In this document: positions 27,755 to 37,215 of the stretch, piece after piece
Numbering within the stretch: the stretch's first letter is position 1
Layout: each line of letters starts with the position of its first letter
Assembly (NCBI GenBank): GCA_964514085.1
Contig: CAZEPK010000002.1
Coordinates: 1 to 46,238 of the forward strand
Source: an uncultured Nocardioides sp.
GTDB lineage: Bacteria > Actinomycetota > Actinomycetes > Propionibacteriales > Nocardioidaceae
Direction: 5' to 3'
DNA: 46,238 bases
Translations under genes and position numbers: made by a program
The notes under the pieces: model-generated
What the model was told of the DNA's origin: nothing
The model's input: the letters and a program-made list of their open reading frames with translations, nothing else
The model's database searches: none

Positions 27755-29671
27755 TTGCGCCGCGCCGTCTTCTACCTGTTCTACGACCCGCAGGGTCAGG
27801 TCGACGACTTCGTCCTCCACACCCTCGGCCACCTGCGGCCGCACGCCGAGCAGCTCGTCGTCGTCTCCAACTCCGCCCTCGACGAGCGCAACCGCGACCG
27901 CCTGCGCGCCGTGTCGGACACGGTCCTCGAGCGGGAGAACGTCGGGCTCGACGTCTGGGCCCACAAGGAGGCCATGGAGGTCTTCGGCCACGAGCGGCTC
28001 GCGGCGTTCGACGAGCTGCTGCTCGTCAACAGCACCTTCTTCGGACCGCTCGGCACCTTCGACGCGCTCTTCGCCGACCTCGACGCCCGAGACGACGTCG
28101 ACTTCTGGGGGATCACCGAGCACGGCGAGACCGAGCGCCACGCCTTCGACCGGTCGCTGCCGATGGAGGGTCACCTGCAGTCGCACTGGATCGGCGTGCG
28201 CCGACGGATGTTCACCTCGCCCGTGTGGGCCGCCTACTGGCGCGACATGCCGATGATCGACTCCTACCGCGAGTCGATCGTGCGCCACGAGAGCCGCTTC
28301 ACGGCGTACTTCGGCGGGCACGGCTTCCGGCACGCGGTGGCCTTCCCGGCCGAGGACTACCACTCCCAGCACCCGATCATGGACGACGTCGCGCAGATGA
28401 TCCGCGACGGCTGCCCGATCGTGAAGCGCCGCACCTTCTTCCACGACCCGCTCTACAACGAGTCCCACGCGACGGACGGCCGGCTGGTGGCCAGGCTCAT
28501 GGGCGAGCGCGGCTACCCGCTCGAGGCGATGTACGCCAACCTCGCCCGCACCGCCAAGCCCCGCTCGCTCGCGACCAACCTGGCGCTCATCGAGGTCCTC
28601 CCCGAGGTCGACGCGGGGACCGAGGACGTCACCGGGCTGCGGGTCGTCGCGGTGGCCCACATCTACTACCCCGACATGACCGACGAGATCCTCGACCGGC
28701 TCGACACGCTGCCGCCGGGCTACGACCTGGTCGTCACGACGGCCGACGCGGAGCGGGCGGCGGCCATCGAGGAGGTGCTCGAGCGGCGCGGCCGGGCGGC
28801 CGACGTGCGGGTGGTGGCCAGCAACCGCGGGCGCGACGTCTCGGCCTTCCTCGTCGACTGCCGCGACGTCCTCGAGAGCGACGACCACGACCTGGTGGTC
28901 AAGGTGCACTCCAAGCTGAGCCCCCAGGACGAGCGGCCCGTCGCCGAGCTGTTCAAGCGGCACCTGTTCGAGAACCTGCTGGCCACCCCCGGCCACACGG
29001 CGAACCTGCTGCGGCTCTTCGTGCGGCACTCCTCGCTCGGCATGGTGTTCCCGCCGGTTTACCACGTGGGCTACCCCACCCTGGGGCATGCTTGGTTCGG
29101 CAATGCGGACGCCGCCGAGGAGCTCGCCGACCGGCTGGGCATCACGGTGCCGTTCGACGACACGACCCCCCTGGCGGCCTACGGGAGCATGTTCGTGGCT
29201 CGACCCCAGACCTTGCGCGCGATGACCTCGGCCGGGTTCACCCATGACGACTTCCCCGACGACGACGATTACGCCGACGGGGCGCTGACCCACGTGCTGG
29301 AGCGGCTCTTCAGCTACGTCGTGCTCAGCTCGGGCCACCACGTGCGCGAGGTGCTGACGCCGGCGCTCGCGGCCACCAACTACTCCTTCCTGGAGTACCG
29401 CACGGTGGTGCTCTCGGCCCGGCTCCCGGGCTACCCGCGCGAGCAGCTGGAGCGGATCGGCAAGCTGAAGCGCTTCCGACGGCGCTTCCGCGACCTCGAC
29501 CGTCGCGCGGTCGAGCGGCTGATGGCCGACGACGACCGCGGGACGGGCCGGTGGACCAAGGCCGGGACCATGGGGCGGCGGCTGGGCGGCCGCCCCGAGC
29601 CGGTGCCGGTGCCCGAGGGCGCTGGCCGGCCGGCTGGATCGGGGGGGACGACGTGGCCGGAACCGCAGTGA
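27755..29671 (+). CDS. Rhamnan synthesis protein F (RgpF family)
   Basis: GAGGA RBS plus in-frame TTG; FYDPQGQVDDFV, RENVGLD, DFWGIT, HLQS, HIYYPD, NRGRDV, HSKLS, GSMF, HVLER. Confidence 0.88.
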   Translation: MRRAVFYLFYDPQGQVDDFVLHTLGHLRPHAEQLVVVSNSALDERNRDRLRAVSDTVLERENVGLDVWAHKEAMEVFGHERLAAFDELLLVNSTFFGPLGTFDALFADLDARDDVDFWGITEHGETERHAFDRSLPMEGHLQSHWIGVRRRMFTSPVWAAYWRDMPMIDSYRESIVRHESRFTAYFGGHGFRHAVAFPAEDYHSQHPIMDDVAQMIRDGCPIVKRRTFFHDPLYNESHATDGRLVARLMGERGYPLEAMYANLARTAKPRSLATNLALIEVLPEVDAGTEDVTGLRVVAVAHIYYPDMTDEILDRLDTLPPGYDLVVTTADAERAAAIEEVLERRGRAADVRVVASNRGRDVSAFLVDCRDVLESDDHDLVVKVHSKLSPQDERPVAELFKRHLFENLLATPGHTANLLRLFVRHSSLGMVFPPVYHVGYPTLGHAWFGNADAAEELADRLGITVPFDDTTPLAAYGSMFVARPQTLRAMTSAGFTHDDFPDDDDYADGALTHVLERLFSYVVLSSGHHVREVLTPALAATNYSFLEYRTVVLSARLPGYPREQLERIGKLKRFRRRFRDLDRRAVERLMADDDRGTGRWTKAGTMGRRLGGRPEPVPVPEGAGRPAGSGGTTWPEPQ

Positions 29672-31017
29672 CCACCACCTCCGAGACCGGCACCGACGCT
29701 GCCGGCGCCGTCGCCGGCAGCGCCGCGAGCAGCACCGGCAGCACCGCCGCGGGCAGCCCGCGCGTCCGCACCGTGGCCACGGCCTTCAGCTCGCGCGCCA
29801 ACAGCATCGGCTTCTTCCGGTGGCTGCTGGCCTTCTCGGTGATCTTCTCCCACGCCGGTCCGCTGGCCGGTTTCTACGGGCAGGAGGACCTCGGCACCAA
29901 GGGCATGGAGTCCTCGTGGTGGCCGACCTGGCTGACCAGCAGCGAGCAGTCCCTCGGCGGCGTGGCCGTGGCCGGCTTCTTCTTCTTCAGCGGCTTCCTC
30001 ATCACCCGCAGCCGGGCCCGCACCGGCATGGTCCGCTACTTCTGGCGCCGGGTGCTGCGCATCATGCCGGCGTTCTGGTGCGCCCTCCTGCTGACCGCGT
30101 TCGTGCTCGGGCCGATCGCCTGGGTCCAGGAGAAGGGGCACCTGGCCGGCTACTTCAGCGCCTCCTCCGACTCGCCGCTCACCTACGTCCCGCAGAACAT
30201 GTTCCTGGTGCTCAACCAGCGCAACATCGCGGAGATGGGGCAGTCCCTGCCGTTCGCGGACATCGGCGGCTACGACTGGAACGGCTCGGCCTGGACCCTG
30301 CAGTACGAGTTCAAGGCCTACATCCTCGTCGGGGTCCTGGGCATCGTGGGCTACGCCGCCAGCCGCTGGCTCACGACCCTCGCCGCGCTGGGGATCATCG
30401 CCTTCAACGCCCTGGTGTGGTCGGGCCACATCGCCCTCGGCGACCTCGGCGGCCCGCTCGCGGCGCCGTTCGGCCACCCCTTCCTCACCGACGCCTTCAA
30501 CCCCATGCTCATCGCGCCGTTCGCCTTCGGGATGCTCTTCGCGATCTGGGGGCGCTTCATCCCGGTGCACTGGGCCCTGGCGCTGGCCGGGCTGGCCATC
30601 GCCGCCTACTGCTACGGGCACGGCGGCTGGAACGTCGGCGGCCAGTACGGCCTCCTGTACTTCTGCATGTGGGGCGCGATCAGCTGGAGCCGGCTCCAGC
30701 ACTGGGAGAAGTACGGCGACTTCTCCTACGGCGTCTACATCTTCGCCTGGCCGCTGATGCAGTTCGTCTCCTACTTCGGCCTGGAGAAGGCCGGCATGCT
30801 GGCCTACTTCGCCGTCATCGTGGTGGGCACCCACGTGCTGGCCTTCTGCAGCTGGCACCTGATCGAGAAGCCGGCCATGTCGCTCAAGGACTGGTCGCCC
30901 GCCTCGCTCCTGGCCCGGCGCCGCGACGCGTCCGCGGCCGACCGGCCCGACACCCCCGGGTCCGACTCCTCTGACCAGAAGGCCCCGGCGCTCGCCGGGG
31001 CCACGACCGACGCCTGA
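29668..31017 (+). CDS. Acyltransferase family 3 (AT3), no fused SGNH domain
   Basis: GTGA overlap; FFRWLLAFSVIFSH, AVAGFFFFSGFLI, RRVLRIMP, NGSAWTL.YE, DFSYGVYI, SWHLIEKP. Confidence 0.92.
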   Translation: MTTTSETGTDAAGAVAGSAASSTGSTAAGSPRVRTVATAFSSRANSIGFFRWLLAFSVIFSHAGPLAGFYGQEDLGTKGMESSWWPTWLTSSEQSLGGVAVAGFFFFSGFLITRSRARTGMVRYFWRRVLRIMPAFWCALLLTAFVLGPIAWVQEKGHLAGYFSASSDSPLTYVPQNMFLVLNQRNIAEMGQSLPFADIGGYDWNGSAWTLQYEFKAYILVGVLGIVGYAASRWLTTLAALGIIAFNALVWSGHIALGDLGGPLAAPFGHPFLTDAFNPMLIAPFAFGMLFAIWGRFIPVHWALALAGLAIAAYCYGHGGWNVGGQYGLLYFCMWGAISWSRLQHWEKYGDFSYGVYIFAWPLMQFVSYFGLEKAGMLAYFAVIVVGTHVLAFCSWHLIEKPAMSLKDWSPASLLARRRDASAADRPDTPGSDSSDQKAPALAGATTDA

Positions 31018-31029
31018 GAGGCACCTCGC

Positions 31030-32277
31030 ATGACCACCGAACCCCCCACCGACGACGCGACCATCGCGCAGCGGCCCCGCCTGGTCAGCCGGCTGCGCCT
31101 GCTGCCGCTGGGCGTGCTGGCGCTGCTCGTGGCCACCGCCGCCGTGGTCGGTGTGGTGAAGGGCACGCCCGTGACCCCGGGCGCCCCCGCCGCCGCCGAG
31201 TCGGCCCAGGGCCGCTCGGCCCAGGACAAGGCGGCCGACAAAGCCGCCAAGCAGGCCGAGAAGGCCGCCGACCGGGCCGGCAAGGTCTGCCTCCCGAAGT
31301 TCTCCACCGGCATCAAGCGCCAGCCGTGGCAGGGCAGCGCGCGGGCGGCGAGCGAGCGGGCCTTCCAGAAGCGGATCAAGAAGGAGAACCCCGGCTACGT
31401 CAAGGGCAAGGGCGGATATCTCTTCTTCACCGACTACCAGGTCGACAACTTCTCCCAGGCCCTGGGCCGCGTCACCCAGAACAAGAACCAGGAGAACGCC
31501 TGGGTGAAGTTCATCAAGAAGTCGCAGGCCACGGTGAAGAAGGCCGGCGGCGACTACCGCGTCGTCGTGATGCCGGCCAACTGGGACGTGCACGCCGAGA
31601 AGCTGCCCGCCTGGGCCCAGCCGCTGCGCGGCACCACCTCGCTGCAGAAGCTGCTCAAGGACCACCCCGAGCTGCCCTGGATCGACACCCGGGCCCCGCT
31701 CAAGAAGGCCGCCAAGAAGCACGACACCTACGAGCCGCTCAACAGCCACTGGACGCCGTACGGCGGGTACGTCGCCTGGCAGGCGATCACCAAGTGCCTC
31801 ACGGCCACCAACCCCGCCCTGGCCGGGATCTCCGCACCGCCGATCTCCGGAGTCGGCCTCCAGGCCAACGCCAACGAGTTCGCGGGCAACGGCGTCCCCG
31901 ACGGCAAGCCGGCCCGGACCTACCCGATCTTCAGCCAGGCGCACCCGCCGGTCACGACCACGCACCTGCCCGACGGCGCGGCGATCCAGAACAGCCCCGA
32001 CTTCGTCACCGACACGGTGCAGACGCCGCTCAAGACGGTGACCGCGGCCGCCCAGGCGCCCGGGGTGACGATGCTGACGCTGCGCGACTCGACCGGCAAC
32101 GCGCTCTCGCCGCTCTACAGCTGGTCGTTCGGGACCACGGTGCAGTACGCCCACGGCATCTCCCAGGACGGCTTCAGCCCGCCCGACCTCGGTGGCCTGA
32201 TGTCGACCTACCACCCGAACCTGGTGCTGTTCGTGGTGACCGAGCGATTCCTCTCCCAGAAGCCGCCCAAGGGCTGA
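31030..32277 (+). CDS. AlgJ/AlgX-like SGNH O-acyltransferase/esterase, N-terminally anchored, divergent
   Basis: GAGAGG RBS; N-terminal TM; GKGGYLFF, VMPAN, NSHWTPYGG, LRDSTG, PNLVLFVVTERF. Confidence 0.8.
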   Translation: MTTEPPTDDATIAQRPRLVSRLRLLPLGVLALLVATAAVVGVVKGTPVTPGAPAAAESAQGRSAQDKAADKAAKQAEKAADRAGKVCLPKFSTGIKRQPWQGSARAASERAFQKRIKKENPGYVKGKGGYLFFTDYQVDNFSQALGRVTQNKNQENAWVKFIKKSQATVKKAGGDYRVVVMPANWDVHAEKLPAWAQPLRGTTSLQKLLKDHPELPWIDTRAPLKKAAKKHDTYEPLNSHWTPYGGYVAWQAITKCLTATNPALAGISAPPISGVGLQANANEFAGNGVPDGKPARTYPIFSQAHPPVTTTHLPDGAAIQNSPDFVTDTVQTPLKTVTAAAQAPGVTMLTLRDSTGNALSPLYSWSFGTTVQYAHGISQDGFSPPDLGGLMSTYHPNLVLFVVTERFLSQKPPKG

Positions 32278-32289
32278 ACCGCAATTCAC

Positions 32290-32330
32290 GCAAAGTCAGG
32301 AGCGCTGCCGTCAAGCGCTCCTGACTTTGC
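32290..32330. terminator. Perfect 17-bp hairpin after the glycan cassette
   Basis: gcaaagtcaggagcgct-gccgtca-agcgctcctgactttgc. Confidence 0.7.
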
Positions 32331-32368
32331 AACTCGGATACGCGCGCCGATAGCCACGTCGCATTCTT

Positions 32369-32398
32369 TTGCGCATTCCCTCGCGGGTCTGCCATGCT
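32369..32398 (+). promoter_or_regulatory. Candidate primary-sigma promoter of lsr2 in a locally AT-richer segment
   Basis: TTGCGC-N18-CATGCT; AAAAGGA RBS downstream. Confidence 0.4.
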
Positions 32399-32445
32399 CC
32401 TATTGCTGATTCCGGCAATTCGAATGCGAAAAGGACTTCATCACC

Positions 32446-32775
32446 ATGGCGCAGAAGGTGCACATCGTCCTCGAGGACGACCTCGACGGCAGTGAAGCCA
32501 CGCAGACGGTCACGTTCGCCCTCGACGGGACGTCCTACGAGATCGACCTGAACGACAAGAACGCCGGCAAGCTCCGCGACGCCCTGGCGCCCTACCTCGG
32601 CCACGCCCGCAAGTCCTCCGGCCCCCGCCGGGCCGGCCGCCGTTCCTCGGCCCCGGCCGAGTCCGGCAGCAGCGCCAAGGAGATCCGGGACTGGGCCCGC
32701 TCGAACGGCCACCAGGTCCCCGAGCGGGGCCGCATCCCCGCCAGCGTGCGTGAGGCTTTCGAAGCCGCGAACTGA
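32446..32775 (+). CDS. lsr2: Nucleoid-associated protein Lsr2
   Basis: MAQKV..LEDDLDG, FALDG..YEIDL, IRDWAR.NG, RGRIP (AT-hook-like). Confidence 0.98.
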   Translation: MAQKVHIVLEDDLDGSEATQTVTFALDGTSYEIDLNDKNAGKLRDALAPYLGHARKSSGPRRAGRRSSAPAESGSSAKEIRDWARSNGHQVPERGRIPASVREAFEAAN

Positions 32776-32803
32776 TCTCGGGCTCGCCGGCTCCCCGCTC
32801 ACG

Positions 32804-32963
32804 GGGCGGCCGCGCGCGTAGCCGACCGACACCCGCCCTCAAGGATCGCCTGCGGCGCCCGCTGCGCGGCGGCCTTCGGCCGTCCTTGACCGCGGGTCCT
32901 GGTCGCTCGGCTGTCCGGCGCGACAACGGCGGGCTCCGCCCGCCGCCGCATGCGCGGCCGCCC
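32804..32963. repeat. 160-bp structured element with 12-bp terminal inverted repeats and an internal cloverleaf
   Basis: gggcggccgcgc ... gcgcggccgccc; internal four-way junction 32839-32889 and 8-bp hairpin 32927-32945. Confidence 0.7.
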
Positions 32964-33076
32964 ACCCGATCGCCACCTCTGGTCCCACAGCTCACACTGC
33001 TATGGGCACCTTGGCGCTTCAACGGCGAAGTTTCGGTGCAGAAGTGCAGGGGTCGCCGCAGAAGTCGCACCCCAGG

Positions 33077-33197
33077 CGCGGGCCGGTCCGGGGAGCGGTG
33101 CCCTGGCAACCGTCGTCCCCAGGGACAACCGTTCCTGGTCCACCGCCGCCCTGTGGAGGACGGTTGCTGGGCCACCGCCCCCCGGTCCGGGCCCGCG
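33077..33197. repeat. ~120-nt imperfect inverted repeat upstream of clpC
   Basis: gcgggccggtccggggagcggtgccctggcaaccgtcgtccccaggg ... ccctgtggaggacggttgctgggccaccgcccccggtccgggcccgc. Confidence 0.7.
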
Positions 33198-33271
33198 TCG
33201 CCGATCCGTCTGGCGACCTGAGCGCCGGACACCCGGTCAACCCGCAGACGAATCGGCCACGGCCGGCCCGT

Positions 33272-33285
33272 GTTCGCTCATAGCG
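33272..33285 (+). promoter_or_regulatory. ClgR binding site
   Basis: GTTCGC-TCATA-GCG matches the GTTCGC-N5-GCG ClgR operator; located upstream of clpC, a known ClgR target. Confidence 0.8.
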
Positions 33286-33307
33286 GATGCCCCGTGCCCG
33301 CTCACCG

Positions 33308-33334
33308 GGAACGCGTAGGCTGGCTGAGGGGTTG
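33308..33334 (+). promoter_or_regulatory. SigH/SigR-type promoter of clpC
   Basis: GGAAC-N18-GTTG, ~40 nt upstream of the clpC ATG. Confidence 0.75.
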
Positions 33335-33372
33335 TGCTCATCGACCCCACCGAACGCCTTGAGGAGTGACGC

Positions 33373-35952
33373 ATGTTCGAGCGGTTCACGGACCGAGCCC
33401 GCCGGGTGGTCGTGCTGGCCCAGGAAGAGGCCCGCATGCTCTCCCACAACTACATCGGGACCGAGCACATCCTGCTCGGCCTCATCCACGAGGGTGAAGG
33501 CGTCGCCGCCAAGGCCCTCGAGAGCCTCGACATCTCCCTGGAGGCCGTGCGCGCCCAGGTCGAGGAGATCATCGGCCAGGGCCAGCAGGCCCCCAGCGGC
33601 CACATCCCCTTCACGCCGCGGGCCAAGAAGGTCCTCGAGCTCTCGCTGCGCGAGGCGCTGCAGCTCGGGCACTCCTACATCGGCACCGAGCACATCCTGC
33701 TCGGACTGATCCGCGAGGGCGAGGGCGTCGCGGCCCAGGTGCTGCAGAAGCTCGGCGCCGACCTCAACCGGGTCCGCCAGCAGGTCATCCAGCTGCTCTC
33801 GGGCTTCCAGGGCAAGGAGTCGACCGCGAGCGCGGCCGCGGCCGCCGGCGGCGGAGACGCCCCGTCGTCCTCGCTGGTCCTCGACCAGTTCGGCCGCAAC
33901 CTGACCCAGGACGCGCGCGAGGGCAAGCTCGACCCGGTCATCGGGCGCGAGCAGGAGATCGAGCGGGTCATGCAGATCCTGTCCCGCCGCACGAAGAACA
34001 ACCCCGTCCTCATCGGCGAGCCCGGCGTCGGCAAGACGACCATCGTCGAGGGCCTGGCCCAGGACATCGTCAAGGGCAACGTGCCCGAGACGCTCAAGGA
34101 CAAGCAGATCTACACCCTCGACCTCGGTGCCCTGGTGGCCGGTTCGCGCTACCGCGGTGACTTCGAGGAGCGCCTCAAGAAGGTGCTGAAGGAGATCCGC
34201 ACCCGCGGCGACATCGTGCTGTTCATCGACGAGATCCACACCCTCGTCGGTGCCGGTGCGGCCGAGGGCGCCATCGACGCCGCCAGCATCCTCAAGCCGA
34301 TGCTGGCCCGTGGTGAGTTGCAGACCATCGGTGCGACCACCCTCGACGAGTACCGCAAGTACCTCGAGAAGGACGCCGCGTTGGAGCGCCGCTTCCAGCC
34401 GATCCAGGTGGCCGAGCCGTCGATCGCGCACACGATCGAGATGCTCAAGGGGCTGCGCGACCGCTACGAGGCCCACCACCGCGTCACCATCACCGACGAG
34501 GCCCTGGTCTCGGCGGCGACGCTGGCCGACCGCTACATCTCCGACCGGTTCCTCCCCGACAAGGCCATCGACCTGATCGACGAGGCCGGCTCGCGGCTGC
34601 GGATCCGCCGGATGACGGCGCCGGCCGACCTGCGCGAGTACGACGACAAGATCGGCGACGTCCGCCAGCGCAAGGAGGCGGCGATCGACGGGCAGGACTT
34701 CGAGGCCGCGGCCCGCCTGCGCGACGAGGAGAAGCAGCTGATCCTGAAGAAGTCCGAGCGCGAGAAGCAGTGGCGCGCGGGCGACATGGACGAGGTCGCC
34801 GAGGTCGACGAGGAGCTCATCGCCGAGGTACTCGCGGTCGCGACCGGCATCCCGATCGTGAAGCTCTCCGAGGAGGAGTCCACGCGGCTGCTCAAGATGG
34901 AGGACGAGCTGCACAAGCGGGTCATCGGCCAGGAGGAGGCCGTCAAGGCGCTCTCCCGGGCGATCCGGCGCACCCGTGCCGGCCTGAAGGACCCCAAGCG
35001 CCCCGGCGGGTCGTTCATCTTCGCCGGCCCCTCGGGTGTCGGCAAGACGTGGCTGTCCAAGTCGCTGGCCGAGTTCCTGTTCGGTGACGAGGACGCGCTG
35101 ATCCAGCTCGACATGTCGGAGTACGGCGAGAAGCACACCGTCTCGCGGCTCTTCGGCTCGCCTCCCGGCTACGTCGGCTACGAAGAGGGCGGGCAGCTCA
35201 CCGAGAAGGTGCGCCGCAAGCCGTTCTCCGTGGTGCTGTTCGACGAGGTCGAGAAGGCGCACCCGGACATCTTCAACAGCCTGCTGCAGATCCTCGAGGA
35301 AGGTCGCCTGACCGACTCGCAGGGCCGGGTGGTCGACTTCAAGAACACCGTCATCATCATGACCACCAACCTCGGCACCCGCGACATCGCGAAGGGCGTC
35401 CACCTCGGCTTCAACCAGGGTGGCGACGCGGCGGGCTCCTACGAGCGGATGAAGAACAAGGTGCAGGAGGAGCTCAAGCAGCACTTCCGGCCCGAGTTCC
35501 TCAACCGTGTCGACGAGATCATCGTGTTCCCGCCGCTGTCGCAGGAGCAGATCGTCCACATGGTCGACAACATGATCGCGTCGGTCGAGGTCCGGCTCAA
35601 GGACCGCGACATGCGCATCGAGCTGACCCAGGCGGCGAAGAACCTGCTCGCCGAGCGGGGCTTCGACCCGGTGCTGGGCGCCCGCCCGCTGCGCCGCACG
35701 GTCCAGCGCGAGATCGAGGACATCCTGGCCGAGAAGATGCTGTACGGCGAGGTGGGCCCCGGCCAGATCGTGCTGGTCGACGTCGAGGGCGAGGGCCCGA
35801 CCGCGTCGTTCACCTTCGCCGGGCAGAAGGTCGGCGAGCTGCCCGACCTGCCGCCCTTCGAGACCGCCGGCGTCGAGGTGGGTGACTCGCTCGGTGACCT
35901 GGGCGAGGAGCCCGGTCCGATCGACGTGCCCAAGGTGGGCGGGGACGAGTAG
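33373..35952 (+). CDS. clpC: ATP-dependent Clp protease ATP-binding subunit ClpC1
   Basis: [12 protein letters not shown]-domain, two AAA+ modules ([16 protein letters not shown]), LGF loop, GARPLRR; GAGGAG RBS. Confidence 0.99.
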   Translation: MFERFTDRARRVVVLAQEEARMLSHNYIGTEHILLGLIHEGEGVAAKALESLDISLEAVRAQVEEIIGQGQQAPSGHIPFTPRAKKVLELSLREALQLGHSYIGTEHILLGLIREGEGVAAQVLQKLGADLNRVRQQVIQLLSGFQGKESTASAAAAAGGGDAPSSSLVLDQFGRNLTQDAREGKLDPVIGREQEIERVMQILSRRTKNNPVLIGEPGVGKTTIVEGLAQDIVKGNVPETLKDKQIYTLDLGALVAGSRYRGDFEERLKKVLKEIRTRGDIVLFIDEIHTLVGAGAAEGAIDAASILKPMLARGELQTIGATTLDEYRKYLEKDAALERRFQPIQVAEPSIAHTIEMLKGLRDRYEAHHRVTITDEALVSAATLADRYISDRFLPDKAIDLIDEAGSRLRIRRMTAPADLREYDDKIGDVRQRKEAAIDGQDFEAAARLRDEEKQLILKKSEREKQWRAGDMDEVAEVDEELIAEVLAVATGIPIVKLSEEESTRLLKMEDELHKRVIGQEEAVKALSRAIRRTRAGLKDPKRPGGSFIFAGPSGVGKTWLSKSLAEFLFGDEDALIQLDMSEYGEKHTVSRLFGSPPGYVGYEEGGQLTEKVRRKPFSVVLFDEVEKAHPDIFNSLLQILEEGRLTDSQGRVVDFKNTVIIMTTNLGTRDIAKGVHLGFNQGGDAAGSYERMKNKVQEELKQHFRPEFLNRVDEIIVFPPLSQEQIVHMVDNMIASVEVRLKDRDMRIELTQAAKNLLAERGFDPVLGARPLRRTVQREIEDILAEKMLYGEVGPGQIVLVDVEGEGPTASFTFAGQKVGELPDLPPFETAGVEVGDSLGDLGEEPGPIDVPKVGGDE

Positions 35953-35971
35953 TCCCGGTCCCGCACGACCT

Positions 35972-36008
35972 ACGAGGCCCGTCCGAGCTCTGCTCGGGCG
36001 GGCCTCGT
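35972..36008. terminator. Hairpin between convergent clpC and the first SGNH paralogue
   Basis: acgaggcccgtccgagc-tct-gctcgggcgggcctcgt. Confidence 0.75.
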
Positions 36009-36027
36009 CGTGTGTGTTCCTGGGTGC

Positions 36028-37116
36028 TCAGTGCTTGAGCAGGGCCTTGCGCAGCTTCTTGCGGAACCCGGGGTGGATGAGGGGCGACTCGAAGGACGCG
36101 AAGGTCTGCAGCGTCTCCATCACCACGGTGTCCGAAGCCTTGATCGCCCGGATGACGTCGCGCTCGGAGACGTGGTTGAGGAACATGAAGTGGCCGTGGC
36201 GGAAGATCGGCCGCATGCTCTCCAGCGCGTAGAGCATGAAGGAGTCGCCGAGCAGCAGGGTGTGGCCGCCGATGGTCTTCTTGGCCGGACCGGCGTTCCA
36301 CGAGTAGTCGAGGACCGTGTTGGGGTAGCCGTCCCACTGCTCCACCGACCCGCGGTCGGTGTTCACCTTGGTCCCCGTGGCGGGGATGGCCGTCTGCGCG
36401 GTCTCCTGGGCGGTGGAGTCGCGGAAGTAGTTGAGGATGCCCACGCGCGTCTCGGTGCCGTAGGTGTAGCGCTGACGGCGCGCGACCCGCGGGTCGAGGC
36501 GCTCGGCCACGGCCTGGGCGAAGACCGAGCCGCCCACGGTGGTCCAGTGCAGGTCGGTCTTGAAGTAGACCTCGCGGTCGTCGCGGGCCAGCAGGTTGCG
36601 CAGCGGGAGGAACGTCGGGTCCTTGCGGTCCAGGCGGTCGATGACGTCCTTCTGCTGCCCGATCCCGTCGGCGTCGCAGGTGCCGTGCGGCAGCGGGTCG
36701 GGGAGCGCGGAACCGTACACGTTGGCCTTGTTGGGCGCCGCCGTCCAGATCGCGGTGCGTCCCGACTTCTCGATCAGCCGGGCCAGCTTGGTGGTGTAGG
36801 CGAAGTTGACCTGGGAGGCCGTCCCGAGGCTGCAGGCGACGTCGAAGTCCGGGCCCCAGAAGAGCTGGCCGAACTTGCCCTCCACGACGACGGGCGCGGA
36901 CTGGTAGACGATCCCGTCGATGCCCGTGAAGGTGCCGTCGCCGTCGTAGCCGGCCCGCGCCCGCAGGTCCTCGGCGACGAGCCCGCCGGGGTCGCTCACG
37001 CGGTCGGCGCGGGCGGTGCGGGGCGGCGCGTGGTCCGGCGCGGCGCTGGCGCCGGTGGCCAGGACGGTGAGGGCGAGGACCGCACAGGCGGTGGTCAGGA
37101 GACGGGTGCGGATCAT
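36028..37116 (-). CDS. Secreted AlgJ/AlgX-like SGNH protein, paralogue 1
   Basis: Signal peptide (..GASA); GPDFDVAC, APNKA, PHGTCD, YFKTDLHWTTVGG, LLGDSF, SDTVVME. Confidence 0.85.
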   Translation of the reverse strand: MIRTRLLTTACAVLALTVLATGASAAPDHAPPRTARADRVSDPGGLVAEDLRARAGYDGDGTFTGIDGIVYQSAPVVVEGKFGQLFWGPDFDVACSLGTASQVNFAYTTKLARLIEKSGRTAIWTAAPNKANVYGSALPDPLPHGTCDADGIGQQKDVIDRLDRKDPTFLPLRNLLARDDREVYFKTDLHWTTVGGSVFAQAVAERLDPRVARRQRYTYGTETRVGILNYFRDSTAQETAQTAIPATGTKVNTDRGSVEQWDGYPNTVLDYSWNAGPAKKTIGGHTLLLGDSFMLYALESMRPIFRHGHFMFLNHVSERDVIRAIKASDTVVMETLQTFASFESPLIHPGFRKKLRKALLKH

Positions 37117-37215
37117 GGTCCCAACGAGGTCGTGGCAGCACTGGCGGGGGAGCGGAGCGGCTCGATCCTAGCGGCTGGGCGCCGCCGTCCCCGTCTCGGC
37201 AAGTACCGTGCTCCG

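Noticed and set aside
29041-29280. Slightly more A/T-ending codons inside rgpF suggesting a recombined patch
   Set aside because: Visual impression only; too short to support without a computed GC3 profile
32359-32433. cgcattc/gaatgcg pairing that could sequester the lsr2 RBS
   Set aside because: The 5' arm overlaps the predicted -35 region and is probably not transcribed; unsupported without TSS data
32839-32889. Cloverleaf as a tRNA or tRNA fragment
   Set aside because: Only 51 nt with 3-nt loops; no TTC T-loop, anticodon loop or CCA
32886-33318. Small ORFs in the lsr2-clpC gap
   Set aside because: No RBS or recognisable motif, and the region is explained by inverted repeats and promoter sites
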